Assembly: GCA_963733035.1 (NCBI GenBank)
Contig: CAVTBU010000007.1
Coordinates: 608,001-672,000 of the forward strand
Origin: Pirellulales bacterium
GTDB taxonomy: Bacteria > Planctomycetota > Planctomycetia > Pirellulales > PALSA-1355
Direction: 5' to 3'
Length of the DNA: 64,000 nucleotides
Shown here: positions 43,675 to 53,606 of the stretch, in pieces
Position numbering within the stretch: position 1 is the stretch's first letter
How the letters are laid out: every line of letters starts with the position of its first letter
Notes under the pieces: generated by a model
The model's input: the letters and a program-made list of their open reading frames with translations, nothing else
Told to the model about the DNA's origin: nothing
Database searches by the model: none
Made by a program: the position numbers and the translations under genes

Positions 43675-43893
43675 TTATGCTGACATCGAGGTTGTAAACC
43701 CGTGCGGCGTTAAGGAGTACGCATGGCGGTGCCTTTCCTTGACCACCAAACCGTCGCGGATAAGGGACGACATCGCGGATTGGAATTTGGGCGAGTTTGA
43801 ATTTGCCATCGTCGTGTTGAAGCACAGCATCTCATTGATGCCGATGCGATATTGACGGAAATGTCGCAAGATGTCTCTCTCGGTCTTCGTCAT
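43675..43893 (-). CDS. Small winged-helix-like hypothetical protein, 72 aa
   Basis: GGAGG RBS; MTKTERDIL...SLIRDGLV...YSLTPHG pattern. Confidence 0.75.
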   Translation of the reverse strand: MTKTERDILRHFRQYRIGINEMLCFNTTMANSNSPKFQSAMSSLIRDGLVVKERHRHAYSLTPHGFTTSMSA

Positions 43894-44135
43894 GGGTTTA
43901 CCTCCAGCCTCGTGAGTCTGAAGCAACCCATTGTAGCGAATTTTTGAATCCGCCGGGCGATTCTCTGCGGAAGTCAGCAAAGAAATCGCGAAAAACACCA
44001 AAAGACGCCCGCGAAATCGCCGTTTTTTGCGTATCCTCCGGTCGTCTTCGGCGAAAGCCGTATTCAACCGAGGATCCGCCGATTCAATATCGGCCGCGAA
44101 TTTCTGGCGAGGTTCTGCCAGCCAACGGCGACAGC

Positions 44136-44789
44136 CTACTTCAGATCAACCGACCAATACGCGCTGTCAAGAAATGTCTTCCAGCTCTCATATTTCGGAT
44201 TGCCGAGTTTGATTGCGAGTAGCGGGCTGCGCTTTGGTTTGGCCGGTTGGCGAATCAGTTTCATATGTGCTTCTTGAGGTGTGCGCCCCCCCTTGCGGAC
44301 ATTGCAAGTGACGCAGGCACACACGATATTTTCCCAGCAGGTCGCACCCGCGCGGCTCTTGGGAACCACGTGGTCAAGGCTCAACTCGCTGGTCGGAAAA
44401 CTGCGGCCGCAGTATTGGCAACGATTTCCGTCGCGGGCAAAAATGTTGCGACGATTAAAGCGGATCGTCTGTTTAGGCACCCGATCGAACGTAAGCAGGC
44501 GAATGACGCGAGGCACCTGGATTTCAAAGTTGACCGACGAAATCCAGTCTTCATTCGGTTCCTTGAACGAGGCGCGCAGTTCGCTGATTTCTCGCCACGA
44601 CTCGAAATTGTAGTTGGCGAATTGGCCCTGATCGAGGTGGATCACCTCGGCCAACTCTCGACACAGTAGCCCTAAGGCACGCCGCACGTTGACCACGTGC
44701 ACTGCCATATAAAAGCGATTGAGCACCAGCACGCTGGCGCTCAAAGGACTCGCTGCGCCAGCCGGAGCCGTCAACGCCGAACTCGCCAT
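44136..44789 (-). CDS. HNH endonuclease family protein
   Basis: VLVLN, RRNIFARDGNRCQYCG, LDHVVP and WENIVCACVTCNVRKG. Confidence 0.93.
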   Translation of the reverse strand: MASSALTAPAGAASPLSASVLVLNRFYMAVHVVNVRRALGLLCRELAEVIHLDQGQFANYNFESWREISELRASFKEPNEDWISSVNFEIQVPRVIRLLTFDRVPKQTIRFNRRNIFARDGNRCQYCGRSFPTSELSLDHVVPKSRAGATCWENIVCACVTCNVRKGGRTPQEAHMKLIRQPAKPKRSPLLAIKLGNPKYESWKTFLDSAYWSVDLK

Positions 44790-45339
44790 GGGCATGCTCC
44801 CAAAGTATGGGGATTCTCCCACACTGTCCGTGCGCCGCGCCAATCGCCAGAATCAACGGCCAACCGACGCACAGCCAGCAGACTTTGCTTTTAGGCGGAT
44901 GTGGGCATGCTTCCGCCCCGCATAAAATTATTGTAATCGTCACCAATGGCGTCGCCTAGGGCATGGAGGCGTCCAAACATTGGTCTGGCCATGGGATTTC
45001 CGTGTTCGTCCGCTTCCTTTTTCGTGTCGCCGTCTCCTTATAAGCCAACCGAGGAAGGTGGCCTGCGGGCACATGCCAGCGTGTTTGTCAAGCAATCTGG
45101 CACGCGATTTTCCCGACGGACAAAGATTGCGGAAATTGCCTCAACATCACTTGCTGTGGCGCGCGCAACCACATTAGGATGGGAAGCGGCGGTGATGCTT
45201 GGTGTCGAAAACCGGGCAGCAAACGGAACGGAGAGCGTTGCGATTCCTTCAGTGACGCAGGGCATTAGTTCGTTTTCTGTAAGGATTCGATTCCAAGTGT
45301 TCAGAATGGAAGCCTCAGAATTATTTTGCCGCGGGGAAC

Positions 45340-45651
45340 GTGTTGATGATTCATTACTCGTGTGATTGCTGCAAGCGGACCTTCGATTCGGAGGATCTGC
45401 GCTACGTTGTAAAGATGGAAGTGTACGCGGCGATCGACCCGGATTCCGTGAACAACATGGACGACGACCGCGATCATTTGCAGGAAATTCAAGAAATCCT
45501 GCAGCGCTCCGGCGAGGCGGTCGACCCACAGATCGGCGACGACGTTTATGAGCAAATGCGGTTTGACCTCTGTCCCGAGTGCCGCAAAAAGTTCCTCAAG
45601 AACCCAGTCGGGCGCGAGCTCTCCAAGCAGTTCGATTTCAGCGAAAACTAG
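45340..45651 (+). CDS. Small putative zinc-binding protein
   Basis: Paired CxxC motifs (YSCDCC and FDLCPEC) around an acidic insert. Confidence 0.8.
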   Translation: MLMIHYSCDCCKRTFDSEDLRYVVKMEVYAAIDPDSVNNMDDDRDHLQEIQEILQRSGEAVDPQIGDDVYEQMRFDLCPECRKKFLKNPVGRELSKQFDFSEN

Positions 45652-45757
45652 GTTGAGCGTCGCCTCCAGCGGTCATAACGTCGGTTCGTTGCGGTGAGTC
45701 GACCTTTGGCATCGGAAAGTTTCGGGATTCGCGGGAGCGCAAGCCACGAACCGCCCC

Positions 45758-46291
45758 ATGCGACGATTTCGTCGTCGACCGTACCGTGCTCTGATGTTAG
45801 GCGCGGCGATCGTGATCTTGCTACTTGCTCGGCAGTTCTGGGATCGCCCACGGGCTTCCGTTCCAAGCGACCCGCCCGCCGCTGGTTCGTATGAAGTGCT
45901 TCGCGTTGTTGACGGGGATACGATTCTCTTTGTTCCCGATATGCGTGTGCGCTTGATCGGCGTCAATACACCCGAAAGTGTCAAACCCGATCATCCCATC
46001 GAGCCGTGGGGTCCGGAGGCCAGCCAGTTTACGCACGATTTCTTGGCGGGCGGCACAGCGCGGCTGGAATTCGACCGCGAACGCTTCGACCAATACGGTC
46101 GCTTCCTAGCCTACGTCTGGGTGGGCAACCAGATGCTAAACGAAGAGTTACTTCGCGCCGGACTCGCTCGTTGGGAACCCAACTACAACTACTCCGGCGA
46201 AAAGAAAGACCGCTTTCGCAAAGCCCAGGACCAGGCCCGCGACGAGGGGCGAGGCGTGTGGTCGAGCAAAGCGCGAGCCGGGACGAGGTAG
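45758..46291 (+). CDS. Thermonuclease (SNase) family protein with membrane anchor
   Basis: VVDGDT, VRLIGVNTPE, DQYGRFLAY, NEELLRAGLA and RGVW. Confidence 0.95.
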   Translation: MRRFRRRPYRALMLGAAIVILLLARQFWDRPRASVPSDPPAAGSYEVLRVVDGDTILFVPDMRVRLIGVNTPESVKPDHPIEPWGPEASQFTHDFLAGGTARLEFDRERFDQYGRFLAYVWVGNQMLNEELLRAGLARWEPNYNYSGEKKDRFRKAQDQARDEGRGVWSSKARAGTR

Positions 46292-46698
46292 GCAGTTTCA
46301 AGGCTATGCTGGATCCAGTGTTCTTTCGGTCTACGGGCGGGATTTCGTCTGCCTGCGACTGACCGACCCACAAAGTCTGCTGAGCACGGCGGGACGCGAG
46401 AATCTTGTCACCAGAAGCCGGGGTAGATCATTCTGGCCTCGAGCCTTTGGTCTGCTCACGCTCCGAGTGCACTGGCACTCGTCGTTTGGACATTCTTGAA
46501 CGCGACCGACTCGAGCCTTGCAACTCGACGGCTAATTTTTCCGCCGCCATCGCGTGCGCGCCACCTCGAACATTCCGGGCCCATTTTGATTCGCGAGATG
46601 GTGCGGCCGCTCTACTCACCTTGGCAACTTGAGACGCTGGCTCGCCACTGCTAGAATCCTCGTTTTCGTTCGTTACGGTCACTACCCCGGGGGGTCCA

Positions 46699-47772
46699 TT
46701 GAACGCCAACCGATCACTTAAAATCGCCGTCGTAGGCGGAGATGGCACCGGCCCGGAAGTGGCCGCCGAGGGCATCAAGGTCCTCCGGGCTGTCGCCAAA
46801 CTTGACGGTTTCAAGTTTGAAACGACCGACTTTGATTTTGGCGGCGATCGCTACCTGCGAACCGGCGAGATCCTGCCCGAGGGGGCTGTCGAGAAGCTCA
46901 AGAAGTTCGATGCCATTTACCTCGGCGCGGTCGGTCACCCGGAGGTAAAGCCCGGCGTCTTGGAAAAGGGCTTGTTGCTCGAGCTTCGTTTTCAACTCGA
47001 TCAATACATCAATCTCCGCCCGGTGAAGCTCTTCCCCGGCGTCGAGACCCCACTCCGCGATAAGGGACCCGACGACATCGACTTCGTCGTCGTCCGCGAG
47101 AACACCGAGGATCTGTACTGCGGTGTGGGCGGTTTTCTAAAGAAGAACACCCCCGACGAGGTGGCGATGCAATCGGCCGTCTATACTCGCAAGGGCTGCG
47201 AGCGTTGCATCCGCTGGGCCTTCGAATTCACGCGCAAGCGAAACAATCCCAAAAAGATGCTCACGCTAGTGGCCAAGACCAACGTGCTCACTTACGGGCA
47301 CGACTTGTGGTGGCGCACATTTCAAGACGTGGCCCAGGAGTATCCGGACATCAAGCCGGACTACAACCACGTTGACGCCTGCTGCATGTGGATGGTGAAA
47401 AATCCCGAATACTACGACGTCATCGTCACCACGAACATGTTCGGCGACATTATCACCGACCTGGCCGGTATCCTACAGGGCGGTATGGGCGTCGCAGCGG
47501 GCGGGAATATTAATCCCGATCCGGGCGGCACCAGCATGTACGAACCGATGGGCGGCAGCGCACCCAAGTACACCGGTACCGGAAAAATCAACCCCATTGC
47601 GGCCATTAACGCCATGAGCATGCTGCTCGAGCACTCCGGCCAGCCCAAAGCCGCCCAGCGGATTCAATCGGCGATTCAGGTCGTAACGGGCACCAAAATG
47701 AAGAGCCAGGCTGCTGGCAAGATGGGCTATAGCACGTCCGATGTCGGCGATTTGGTGTGCGAGGCACTGTAG
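46699..47772 (+). CDS. leuB: 3-isopropylmalate dehydrogenase
   Basis: [35 protein letters not shown] and EPMGGSAP. Confidence 0.88.
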   Translation: MNANRSLKIAVVGGDGTGPEVAAEGIKVLRAVAKLDGFKFETTDFDFGGDRYLRTGEILPEGAVEKLKKFDAIYLGAVGHPEVKPGVLEKGLLLELRFQLDQYINLRPVKLFPGVETPLRDKGPDDIDFVVVRENTEDLYCGVGGFLKKNTPDEVAMQSAVYTRKGCERCIRWAFEFTRKRNNPKKMLTLVAKTNVLTYGHDLWWRTFQDVAQEYPDIKPDYNHVDACCMWMVKNPEYYDVIVTTNMFGDIITDLAGILQGGMGVAAGGNINPDPGGTSMYEPMGGSAPKYTGTGKINPIAAINAMSMLLEHSGQPKAAQRIQSAIQVVTGTKMKSQAAGKMGYSTSDVGDLVCEAL

Positions 47773-47861
47773 CGCAATCCGAGGCGACCGGGGGATAGCC
47801 ACACCGTGTGGCTGCCTTTTCCCCTTTCTGGCGAACCCACGTTCTGCAAGGAGACTTCATC

Positions 47862-48629
47862 ATGCATCCGCTGTTCGACCTTTCGGGACGTGTTGCACTG
47901 GTAACTGGTGGCAGTAAGGGGCTTGGTAAGGCGATGGCCCGTGTGTTTGTCGAAGCGGGCGCCGACGTCGTGATTTCGAGCCGGCACGAAGACGAGCTCA
48001 AAAAAACACAGGCGGAAATTCAAGATGGTACCAAGGCAAAAGTCGTGTACGTCGTCGCCGATATGACCAATCGCGATCAGGTGAAGGGGCTTGCCGAACG
48101 GACCTTGGCCGAGATGGGCCGCGTCGACATTCTGGTTAACAATGCGGGCAGCAACGTGCCTCAAGCAATCGATCAAATTACCGACGAAGCTTGGGATCGG
48201 ATTGTCGAGCTTAATCTCACCTCATGTATGTTGCTTACCCGGGCGCTGGTGCCGCAAATGAAAGCGCGAAAATGGGGCCGCGTAATCCACATCTCGTCGA
48301 TCATGGGCCTGGCCTCGAAGGACGCCCGCAACTCGTACTCGGCCACCAAGAGCGCGTTGTTGGGGCTAGCCCGCGCCAGCGCACTCGACCTCGGCGCATT
48401 CAACATCACGGTCAATTGCATTGCCCCGGGACCATTTCTTACCGACCTGCCTGGGTCACTGCTGTCCCCCGAACAGAAGAAGGCGCTGGCCGCACGCACG
48501 GCGCTGGAACGGTGGGGCGACCCGCGGGAACTGGCCGGTCCCGCTTTGCTGCTGGCAAGTGAGGCAGGCAGCTACATTACCGGAGAAGTTTTGGTGGTCG
48601 ACGGCGGCTCTCTGGCCAAGACGTTCTAG
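47862..48629 (+). CDS. SDR family oxidoreductase (FabG-like)
   Basis: TGGSKGLG, NNAG, YSATK and NCIAPG. Confidence 0.95.
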   Translation: MHPLFDLSGRVALVTGGSKGLGKAMARVFVEAGADVVISSRHEDELKKTQAEIQDGTKAKVVYVVADMTNRDQVKGLAERTLAEMGRVDILVNNAGSNVPQAIDQITDEAWDRIVELNLTSCMLLTRALVPQMKARKWGRVIHISSIMGLASKDARNSYSATKSALLGLARASALDLGAFNITVNCIAPGPFLTDLPGSLLSPEQKKALAARTALERWGDPRELAGPALLLASEAGSYITGEVLVVDGGSLAKTF

Positions 48630-48710
48630 AACGCAGTTCAGCTCGCACCGTTTTGAGACGTTGCTGATCCGCAGCGGCCCCCACTTCTGCCGCGTTCGTT
48701 TATGCCAGCG

Positions 48711-48890
48711 CTATTTGCGGAGAATGAGCTTGCCGCTGCGCGTGACGCTTAGCCGGTAAGCCTCGGTGCCGTGGCGAATCACGATCTCGCGATTGCCTTG
48801 CATCAACTCCCGCGAGTTGACTTCACGCCGGCAAGCTCCCGCATCAACGGGGTTTGAAGTGCTGTCAGGTCTGATTGGTTCGGTGTTCAC
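48711..48890 (-). CDS. hemP: Hemin uptake protein HemP/HmuP family
   Basis: SRELMQGNREIVIRHGTEAYRLSVTRSGKLILRK, with the C-terminal KLILxK signature. The GTG start is approximate. Confidence 0.9.
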   Translation of the reverse strand: MNTEPIRPDSTSNPVDAGACRREVNSRELMQGNREIVIRHGTEAYRLSVTRSGKLILRK

Positions 48891-48936
48891 CGCACACCAG
48901 CAGAGTTTAAGTCGCCAGGTTGAGTCATGGCGACTA

Positions 48937-48968
48937 GTTCTACGTTTATTGAGACTATATGTCAATAA
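48937..48968 (-). promoter_or_regulatory. sigma70-type promoter of hemP overlapped by operator 1
   Basis: Minus-strand TTGACA (48965-48960)-N17-TAGAAC. The palindrome TTATTGAGACTATATGTCAATAA (48946-48968) covers the -35 and spacer. Confidence 0.7.
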
Positions 48969-49063
48969 CGTGGCCAGGTGAAGTGAATCGGTCAGCATTT
49001 TTTCAATGTAAACTATAGTAAATAAATGCTTTACGACAACGCACTTTTTTTCCGAGACGCGGA

Positions 49064-49118
49064 TTGACGCCGCGCAAGAAACGGTTAATATGACACTAAT
49101 TGAGACGCGATCTCAATT
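49064..49118 (+). promoter_or_regulatory. sigma70-type promoter of the PEP-CTERM operon with operator 2
   Basis: TTGACG-N16-TAATAT, then the perfect-armed palindrome AATTGAGA-cgcga-TCTCAATT (49098-49118) at the predicted start site. Confidence 0.75.
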
Positions 49119-49336
49119 TCTAGAGCTAGCCCGCCTCCTGGCACGTGCTCGTGCCGATTCGCCCGCCACGCTCAATGGCTTGGGCTGTCTGTCCGTTCTG
49201 CGAGATTTCTCGCCGCGCAGGCCGCCGATTCACCCCGAGTGCCGAGAAAGGAGCAGCTGCTGAATTGTTTTGAGCGTAGGTATTGGGAACCCGTTGTGTT
49301 TGAGATCCGCATTTCACAACCGAGGAAAGAATCGAC

Positions 49337-50038
49337 ATGAACCGCCATTTGTTTTTCACCTTGATTGCAGTTGCCGCCGGTCTGACCGCACATGCGGTGC
49401 ACGGCGCGTCGCTGCTGCCGACCGACGATGGTTTTGGCTATCAGTTTCTAGGCACGACACCGCTTAATGGTTCGCCACCATTTTCCGAGTACCTGCCCGC
49501 TGGTGCGACGACCACGGGTCACAACACCAAGTCGGCATTGAGATTCGACCTGTCCGGCGTGGGACTCGGGGCCGCCGACGTTACGTCGGCCACGCTGAGT
49601 TTATATGTGATCGACACCACGGTTACGGGCTTTGGTGCCAGCCCCGCGCCCGCTAGTCCGATTGTCGTCAGTCTGTTCGCGTTGGGGGCCGGCATCTGGG
49701 ATGAGGCGACACTAACATATGACAACATGCCCTCCACGACCGGTCCCGCCTACGATTCGATTTCCATCGACGGGGTTGATCAGAGCGTGTCATTCGACGT
49801 GACGGCGCTTGTCAAGGATTGGCTCGACGGCAGTGTGGCAAACAATGGGCTGGCACTTGTCGTCGACGTTCCGGTGGGCGCGTTGCCCAATTGGGTGTAT
49901 GCCGTGTTCAGTTCTTCCGAGTCTCAGACTTCACCTGAGCTTACCGTCGTACCCGAACCGGCAAGCGCGTTGATTGCGTTTCTTGCCGTCCCGGCGCTCG
50001 TGTGGTTTGGCCGTTGCCGAATCGAAAGTCGCAAGTAG
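49337..50038 (+). CDS. PEP-CTERM surface protein with DNRLRE-like domain
   Basis: Signal peptide; LRFDLS, SATLSLY, WDEATLTY and FDVTALVKDW..NNGL; VPEP followed by a TM helix and basic tail. Confidence 0.9.
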   Translation: MNRHLFFTLIAVAAGLTAHAVHGASLLPTDDGFGYQFLGTTPLNGSPPFSEYLPAGATTTGHNTKSALRFDLSGVGLGAADVTSATLSLYVIDTTVTGFGASPAPASPIVVSLFALGAGIWDEATLTYDNMPSTTGPAYDSISIDGVDQSVSFDVTALVKDWLDGSVANNGLALVVDVPVGALPNWVYAVFSSSESQTSPELTVVPEPASALIAFLAVPALVWFGRCRIESRK

Positions 50039-50055
50039 ACGAAAAATCTCCCACC

Positions 50056-50094
50056 AGGCGGCGAGCCGGCGTGCCCCTTCGGCGGCCCGCCGCC
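50056..50094 (+). other. GC-rich stem-loop between the PEP-CTERM and DUF1559 genes
   Basis: Imperfect inverted repeat GGCGGCGAGCCG...CGGCCCGCCGCC with no U-tract. Confidence 0.5.
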
Positions 50095-50128
50095 AGCGTG
50101 TTGATTCAATTCGCTGACGAAGGCGCGA

Positions 50129-51076
50129 ATGAGGAACAGAATGGTTCGGTCACGCTTAATGCTCTCGGCCCGTCGCGCCGGCTTCTCGCTCGTGGAGTTA
50201 CTGGTCGTCATTGCGATCATCGGCGTGCTGGTGGCAATCATGTTGCCAGCCATCCAAGCCGCGCGAGAGGCTGCCCGCAGTGCTTCCTGTCGGAATAACC
50301 TGCGACAAATTAGCACCGCCATCCACCTGTATCACGACACTTGCCGTCATTTGCCCCCCGCACGCATCGACCAGGGCACGGTTGGTGCCGGGACCAGTAC
50401 GTTTTACATTATTCTTCCCTTCTTGGAGGAAGGAAACTTAGCCGACGGCTACGACAAATCGGCCGATTATCGCGACGGCGATAATCTGAAAGTTTCTAGC
50501 ACGATTGTCTCTCCGTACCTCTGTCCCTCAATGGTGCTGCCGCGTGACGTGCCCGACCCGGACCCGGCCTGCGCGGAGAAAGGTGCCCCGGGAAGCTATG
50601 CCGTATCGACGAGTTCGGACGTTTGCTTCATCCAACTGAACCTGATTCCAAAGCACAACGGCGCAATCGTCCACCCGCGATTTGGCCGGACGTCGATTGC
50701 CAAGATTTCCGCAGGCGACGGCTCTTCGAAGACGTTCATGGTTGGTGAAATGGACTATGGCCTGACGGACTACTATTGGACCACCTGTCATTCCGCGAAT
50801 TCCGTCCGCGGGGGCGCTATGCGCTGGGCCGTGGGCTATGCCGGAGTTACCTGGGGGTCAACGGTCGGTCCGATCAACAGCGCGACCGTCGGTGCGATAA
50901 AGTACGGGTTTTACAATGTTGGTTACGAGGCCTTCCGCAGCGATCACGCAGGTGGCGTGAACTTCGCCTTTGTTGACGGCAGCGTCCGCTTCATCAGCGA
51001 CGAGATTGATCCAAACCTGTACAAAGCCCTGGCGACTCGCGAAGGTGGAGAAATGATCGACAACTCGGCCTACTGA
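50129..51076 (+). CDS. DUF1559 prepilin-type protein with H-X9-DG C-terminus
   Basis: GFSLVELLVVIAIIG..PAIQAAREAAR..C.NNL and FRSDHAGGVNFAFVDGSV. Confidence 0.95.
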   Translation: MRNRMVRSRLMLSARRAGFSLVELLVVIAIIGVLVAIMLPAIQAAREAARSASCRNNLRQISTAIHLYHDTCRHLPPARIDQGTVGAGTSTFYIILPFLEEGNLADGYDKSADYRDGDNLKVSSTIVSPYLCPSMVLPRDVPDPDPACAEKGAPGSYAVSTSSDVCFIQLNLIPKHNGAIVHPRFGRTSIAKISAGDGSSKTFMVGEMDYGLTDYYWTTCHSANSVRGGAMRWAVGYAGVTWGSTVGPINSATVGAIKYGFYNVGYEAFRSDHAGGVNFAFVDGSVRFISDEIDPNLYKALATREGGEMIDNSAY

Positions 51077-51191
51077 ACGACGCGCCGTCCGATTCGCTGA
51101 AATTCCAACAACAACCGATTGCCGACGACGGATCGCCGGCCCAACAATTTGATAGTGATGCCGTCCGTTTCGCTTTGAAAGGAAACCAGCA

Positions 51192-52549
51192 ATGCTTCGC
51201 AATGTATGCTTGGGCCTCGTTTGTGCCGCCGCGCTCGGCACGCCCGCTTGGGCGCACTTTATTTGGCTTGACTTGAGGCCGAGTGTCGGTGGAAAGGGCC
51301 AGGCGAGACTCTATTTTTCCGAGGAGCCCGCTCCCGGCGAGGCCGACTTGATCGGCAAGGCCGCCAAGGCTCAGGTCTGGCTCCGTAAAGCCGACGGAAC
51401 CACTGCGGAATTAAAACTCGATTCCTCGACAGAAGATGAAGCCGTGTTGGTGGCCGAATGTGCATGCGACGGTGCCAGCCTGGAAGGTGTTTGGGATTAT
51501 GGTGTTTACTCGCGCGGACCGGTGGCAGGGCCGCTGCTGCAGTACTATGCGAAGGGGCTCACCGGAGATTGGGTGAAACACCCCAGTTTGTCCCACTCCA
51601 AAAAATTGAAACTCGACATTGTTCCTTCGCTTCAAGATCGGAAGCTATCCATTCAGGTGCTTTACGATGGCGAGTCGATCAAGGATTGCGACGTACTGTT
51701 CGTAGACCCCACCGGCCAGCAGCACGAGTTGACCACCGACGACCAGGGACGGGCGGAGGTCGAAGTCACGCCCGGTCAATGGGCCGTGCGTACCGCGAAG
51801 ATCGATGCCGACAACAGCGGCGAGCGCGACGGCAAGAAGTTCAGCCAAACCTGGCACTTTGCGACACTCACCGTTGACGTTCCCAGCCGTACACCAGCCG
51901 AAGAACAGGCCGTTGAGTCTGTCTCCGCCATCAACGCTTTGGTGCGGGCACGTAAACACCGAGCGGTCTGGCAGGACTTCCCCGGTTTCAAGGCCGACCT
52001 GACTGTTCTCTCGGACGAGAAGGTCATCAAGGGTACGATGGAGATCGATCGCGATGGTGTGGTGACACTCGATATGCCAAAGTCGAACATTGCCGACTGG
52101 GTGGAGGAACAGCTCAACTCAATGGTTCAGCACCGCATGCCGGACGGCGAAGTTTCTGAGGGCAACGTGACTTGGGCCCAAGAGGAAGGCGTGCATCCAC
52201 TGGGACGCAAGATCGATTTGGGCGATCCGAGACTGCAGAGCACTACCGCATCAAAGACGACGTCATCATGGAAGTGAACCGTTCGGCGGGTCCGACGATG
52301 CGGTTCACGATCAGCGTGTTGGAGATCGAGCGGAATCCGGAAGGGAAGTATCTTCCCCGTTCCTTTACCATGAATTTCTTCGATTCCAAGACCGGCGAAC
52401 TGCAGACGAGCCTTGGCTACCTAAATGCCTGGCAGCGGGTCGACGGCTTTGATTTACCTCGAACGATTGTCGAAGTCGACGCCCATCGGGGAGGCGCGAG
52501 CACCAGGCAAATTACCTTCAGCAACTGCCGACTACTCTCAGCCAGGTAG
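51192..52549 (+). CDS. Exported DUF4198-like + DUF3386-like fusion protein; apparent missing base at about 52241
   Basis: Signal peptide then HFIWL; LDIVP, VLYDG and TDDQG (DUF4198-like); AVWQDFPGFKADL, and after the frameshift YRIKDDVIMEVNR...GKYLP (DUF3386-like). Confidence 0.75.
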
Positions 52550-52589
52550 AGGCCACTGGGAAAGCTTCGCGGCTTCCGCGGGTGGAGCA

Positions 52590-53412
52590 TCACTTTCCGC
52601 TCGTGGTGGCCGCACCAGAAAGGTTGCGCGAGGCAATCATTTTCAGCACGCGCCACGGGCATCAAACGCTTGAGTCGCCAGAAGAACGTGGCCTCGCGCG
52701 GCACCGTGACGTACAGTTGCTTGCGATCGACGGCCTGGAGAATCTTCTGCGCCACGTGTTCGGCCGTGCATTTCGCGTCGGCCATCAGCTTGGTGGCGAC
52801 CTCGCGTTGTGCGTCTCCCTGAAAGCGGCCACTCTTGACAATGCTCGTGGGAAAGAACGAAGGGCAGACACCAGTCACGCCGACATGATGTGGCAACAAC
52901 TCGCCGTAAAGCGTTTCCGAGAGCGAGAGCACGCCGGCCTTGGTGACGTTGTAGGGCGCCATGCTGGGGGCCGATACGATCGCGGCCATCGACGCGATGT
53001 TCACGATGTGGGCGCCGCGCGGATTCGCCTTCAGCCATTCGACCATCGTGTGGCAGCCGTAGATCACACCCCACAGGTTGATATTGACGATCCATTGCCA
53101 GTCTTCCAGCGGAAGTTTGCCCACTTCGCCGCCCACACCGACTCCGGCGTTGTTCACCAGCAGGTCAAGCTGCGGCCAATCGGCTTGCAGCCGGTCGCGC
53201 AACGCTTCCCATTGTTCGACTTTTGTCACGTCCAAGTGTTCGACGCGCCCGTCTCCGCCCGCGGCTCGAACGAGCTTCAGGGTTTCTTCGCCGCCCGCGT
53301 CGTTGATATCGGCAACGGCGATGTGCCAACCGCGCTGGGCGAGCGCGACGGAAAGCGCGCGGCCCAATCCGCTGCCGGCTCCGCTGATCAATGCATACCT
53401 GGTCTGGCTCAT
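52590..53412 (-). CDS. SDR family oxidoreductase; apparent extra base at about 52658
   Basis: SGAGSGLG, NNAGV, NIAS and YNVTK. The corrected end reads MPWRVLKMIASRNLSGAATTSGK*. Confidence 0.92.
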
Positions 53413-53606
53413 CCTGGCAATCGTCCCGCGTTGGGTGGTGTGTGGGCGCCGCGGGCCAGTCGACTGCGACCGTTCCGCCACCGCGGTATTTGCAGATACG
53501 CGCATCGTTGGCCCGTGAGGTGCCCCGAGTGTAACGACAATGGACGTCCCGGCGAAAGAGGCGCCCGTGTCATTGCGGCTGGCGGGCGAAGGTGCAAGTC
53601 CGAATG

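Noticed and set aside
46292..46698. Leucine attenuator upstream of leuB
   Set aside because: No Leu-rich leader peptide and no terminator/antiterminator pair visible.
49300..49317. Third operator copy, TTGAGATCCGCATTTCAC
   Set aside because: Spacing is TGA-N10-TCA, one base off, and the right arm is weak.
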